Below, piece after piece: positions 62,926 through 64,000 of a stretch of DNA of 64,000 bases. The translations under genes were made by a program, and so were the position numbers. The stretch spans positions 128,765 through 192,764 of the forward strand of contig JAYKHR010000048.1 of NCBI GenBank assembly GCA_035285125.1, given 5' to 3'. The DNA comes from Candidatus Sericytochromatia bacterium. Lineage in GTDB: Bacteria; Cyanobacteriota; Sericytochromatia; S15B-MN24; JAQBPE01. How positions within the stretch are numbered: the stretch's first letter is position 1; each line of letters begins with the position of its first letter. Under the pieces are notes generated by a model. It saw only the letters and a list, made by a program, of their open reading frames with translations, did no database searches and was not told where the DNA came from.

Positions 62926-64000
62926 GCCGCCACCCGCGCATCGTGACCGTCATCGGCGCCAAGGGCGGCGTCGGGCGCTCCGTCGTCGCGGCGAACGTGG
63001 CGGTGGCGACGGCGGTCAGGCAGCGCACGCCCGTGGCCCTGCTGGACCTCGACTGGCTGGCGGGCGGCAGCCTGGCCTCCGTGCTGGACTTGGAGCCCCT
63101 GACCCGCCACTGGGGCCACTGGGTAGCGGGCGACGCGGCGCTAGAGCAGCTGATGGCCTCGCACCCCTCCGGTGTCAGCCTGCTCGGCGCGCCGCCACCT
63201 GGCGAGGCCGTGATCCCGATGGACCAGCTGATCCGGCTGATGTACGAGCTGGGAGAGCGCTTCGAGGACGTCGTCATCGACACCAGCTGGCCCCACATCA
63301 GCCCGCTGATGGTGCCCCTGTTCGACCTCGCCTCGGTGGTGCTGGCTGTCGTGACGCCGGACATCACGACGCTGCAGGCCACGAAGCACCTCCTCGGCCG
63401 GGCGCGGGACCTCCACTTCCCCACCGATCGCGTGGCCGTGGTGCTCAACCGCGAGGGCATCACGGCCGACATCTCGGCCGAGGACGTGGCCGGCACGCTC
63501 AAGCGCAAGCTGGTCGGCCGCGTGCCCTACCACCCGGCGGTGGTGAGCGCCCTGAACCGGGGCCTGCCCCTCGTGACGCACGCACCCGCCCACCCCGTCT
63601 CGCAGGCACTTGTCGGGCTCGCGGAGCGGCTGCGGCAGTTCTCCCCCGTCGACATGGCGCAGCGCCGCCTGAGCGAGCTCACGGTGGAAGCCGTGGAGGC
63701 GGCGCGGCCGTTCCCGACGGCGCTGCCCGGCGCCGTCCCGACCGTCGTGACCCCGGCCGAGCCCTCCAGCCAGGCCCCCGTGCTGGCCATGGTCCCCAAG
63801 GAGCGCGACCAGGCCGAGCTGCGCGAGATGAAGGTGGCGATGCACGCCAAGCTCGTCGAGCAGATGAAGCTCGAGGACATCCCCTTCGAACGCCTCGCCG
63901 ACCCCGAGTTCAAGGCCGTGCTGCGGGACCAGGTGGCCGAGCGCGTGAACCGCCTGATCGACGACATGGGCCTCAAGCTCGACAGCCGGGCCGAGCGGGC
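62922..64000 (+). CDS. CpaE/TadZ-like ATPase apparently fused to a CpaF/TadA N-terminus (partial, runs off the right edge)
   Basis: GAKGGVGRS...LLDLD...VVIDT...VVLNR. The frame stays open through a Pro-rich linker into MKVAMHAKLVEQM...LRDQVAERVNRLI...SRAER. Confidence 0.8.
   Translation, partial: MSRHPRIVTVIGAKGGVGRSVVAANVAVATAVRQRTPVALLDLDWLAGGSLASVLDLEPLTRHWGHWVAGDAALEQLMASHPSGVSLLGAPPPGEAVIPMDQLIRLMYELGERFEDVVIDTSWPHISPLMVPLFDLASVVLAVVTPDITTLQATKHLLGRARDLHFPTDRVAVVLNREGITADISAEDVAGTLKRKLVGRVPYHPAVVSALNRGLPLVTHAPAHPVSQALVGLAERLRQFSPVDMAQRRLSELTVEAVEAARPFPTALPGAVPTVVTPAEPSSQAPVLAMVPKERDQAELREMKVAMHAKLVEQMKLEDIPFERLADPEFKAVLRDQVAERVNRLIDDMGLKLDSRAER

Overview
This is a very GC-rich bacterial chromosomal window with about 58 genes. 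No rRNA, tRNA, CRISPR array or transposase was recognisable. Housekeeping genes include pepP, era, cdd, pyrG, uvrA, dgkA, ybeY, phoH, rpsU, nfi, metK, dnaB, rplI and lexA, and a Tad/Flp pilus locus begins at the right edge. A Firmicutes-like rpsU-phoH-HD-ybeY-dgkA/cdd-era gene order, a GAAC-N4-GTTC LexA box, a Ycf46-type ATPase and outer-membrane proteins suggest a diderm Terrabacteria lineage, possibly a non-photosynthetic cyanobacterial relative (inference only). The best candidate for a new system is a RiPP-like cassette at 53.5-54.8 kb. It comprises a 52-aa precursor absent from the ORF track (YxxPxL leader, C-x8-C core), an HPr-kinase-like ATPase and a PqqD/RRE protein, next to an orphan FliD-like protein with 20-aa RxQP repeats. 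Other highlights: a coupled AAA ATPase/SNF2 helicase/26-Cys protein/YbjN module; a three-way-junction RNA leader on metK; TTAA-N7-TTAA (11-bp period) sites shared by three promoters; a degenerate 5'-nucleotidase/beta-barrel fusion; a CX3CH cytochrome; a standalone MshEN protein; and a decayed carbonic anhydrase-SulP pair. All calls come from motif recognition by eye; no database searches were run.
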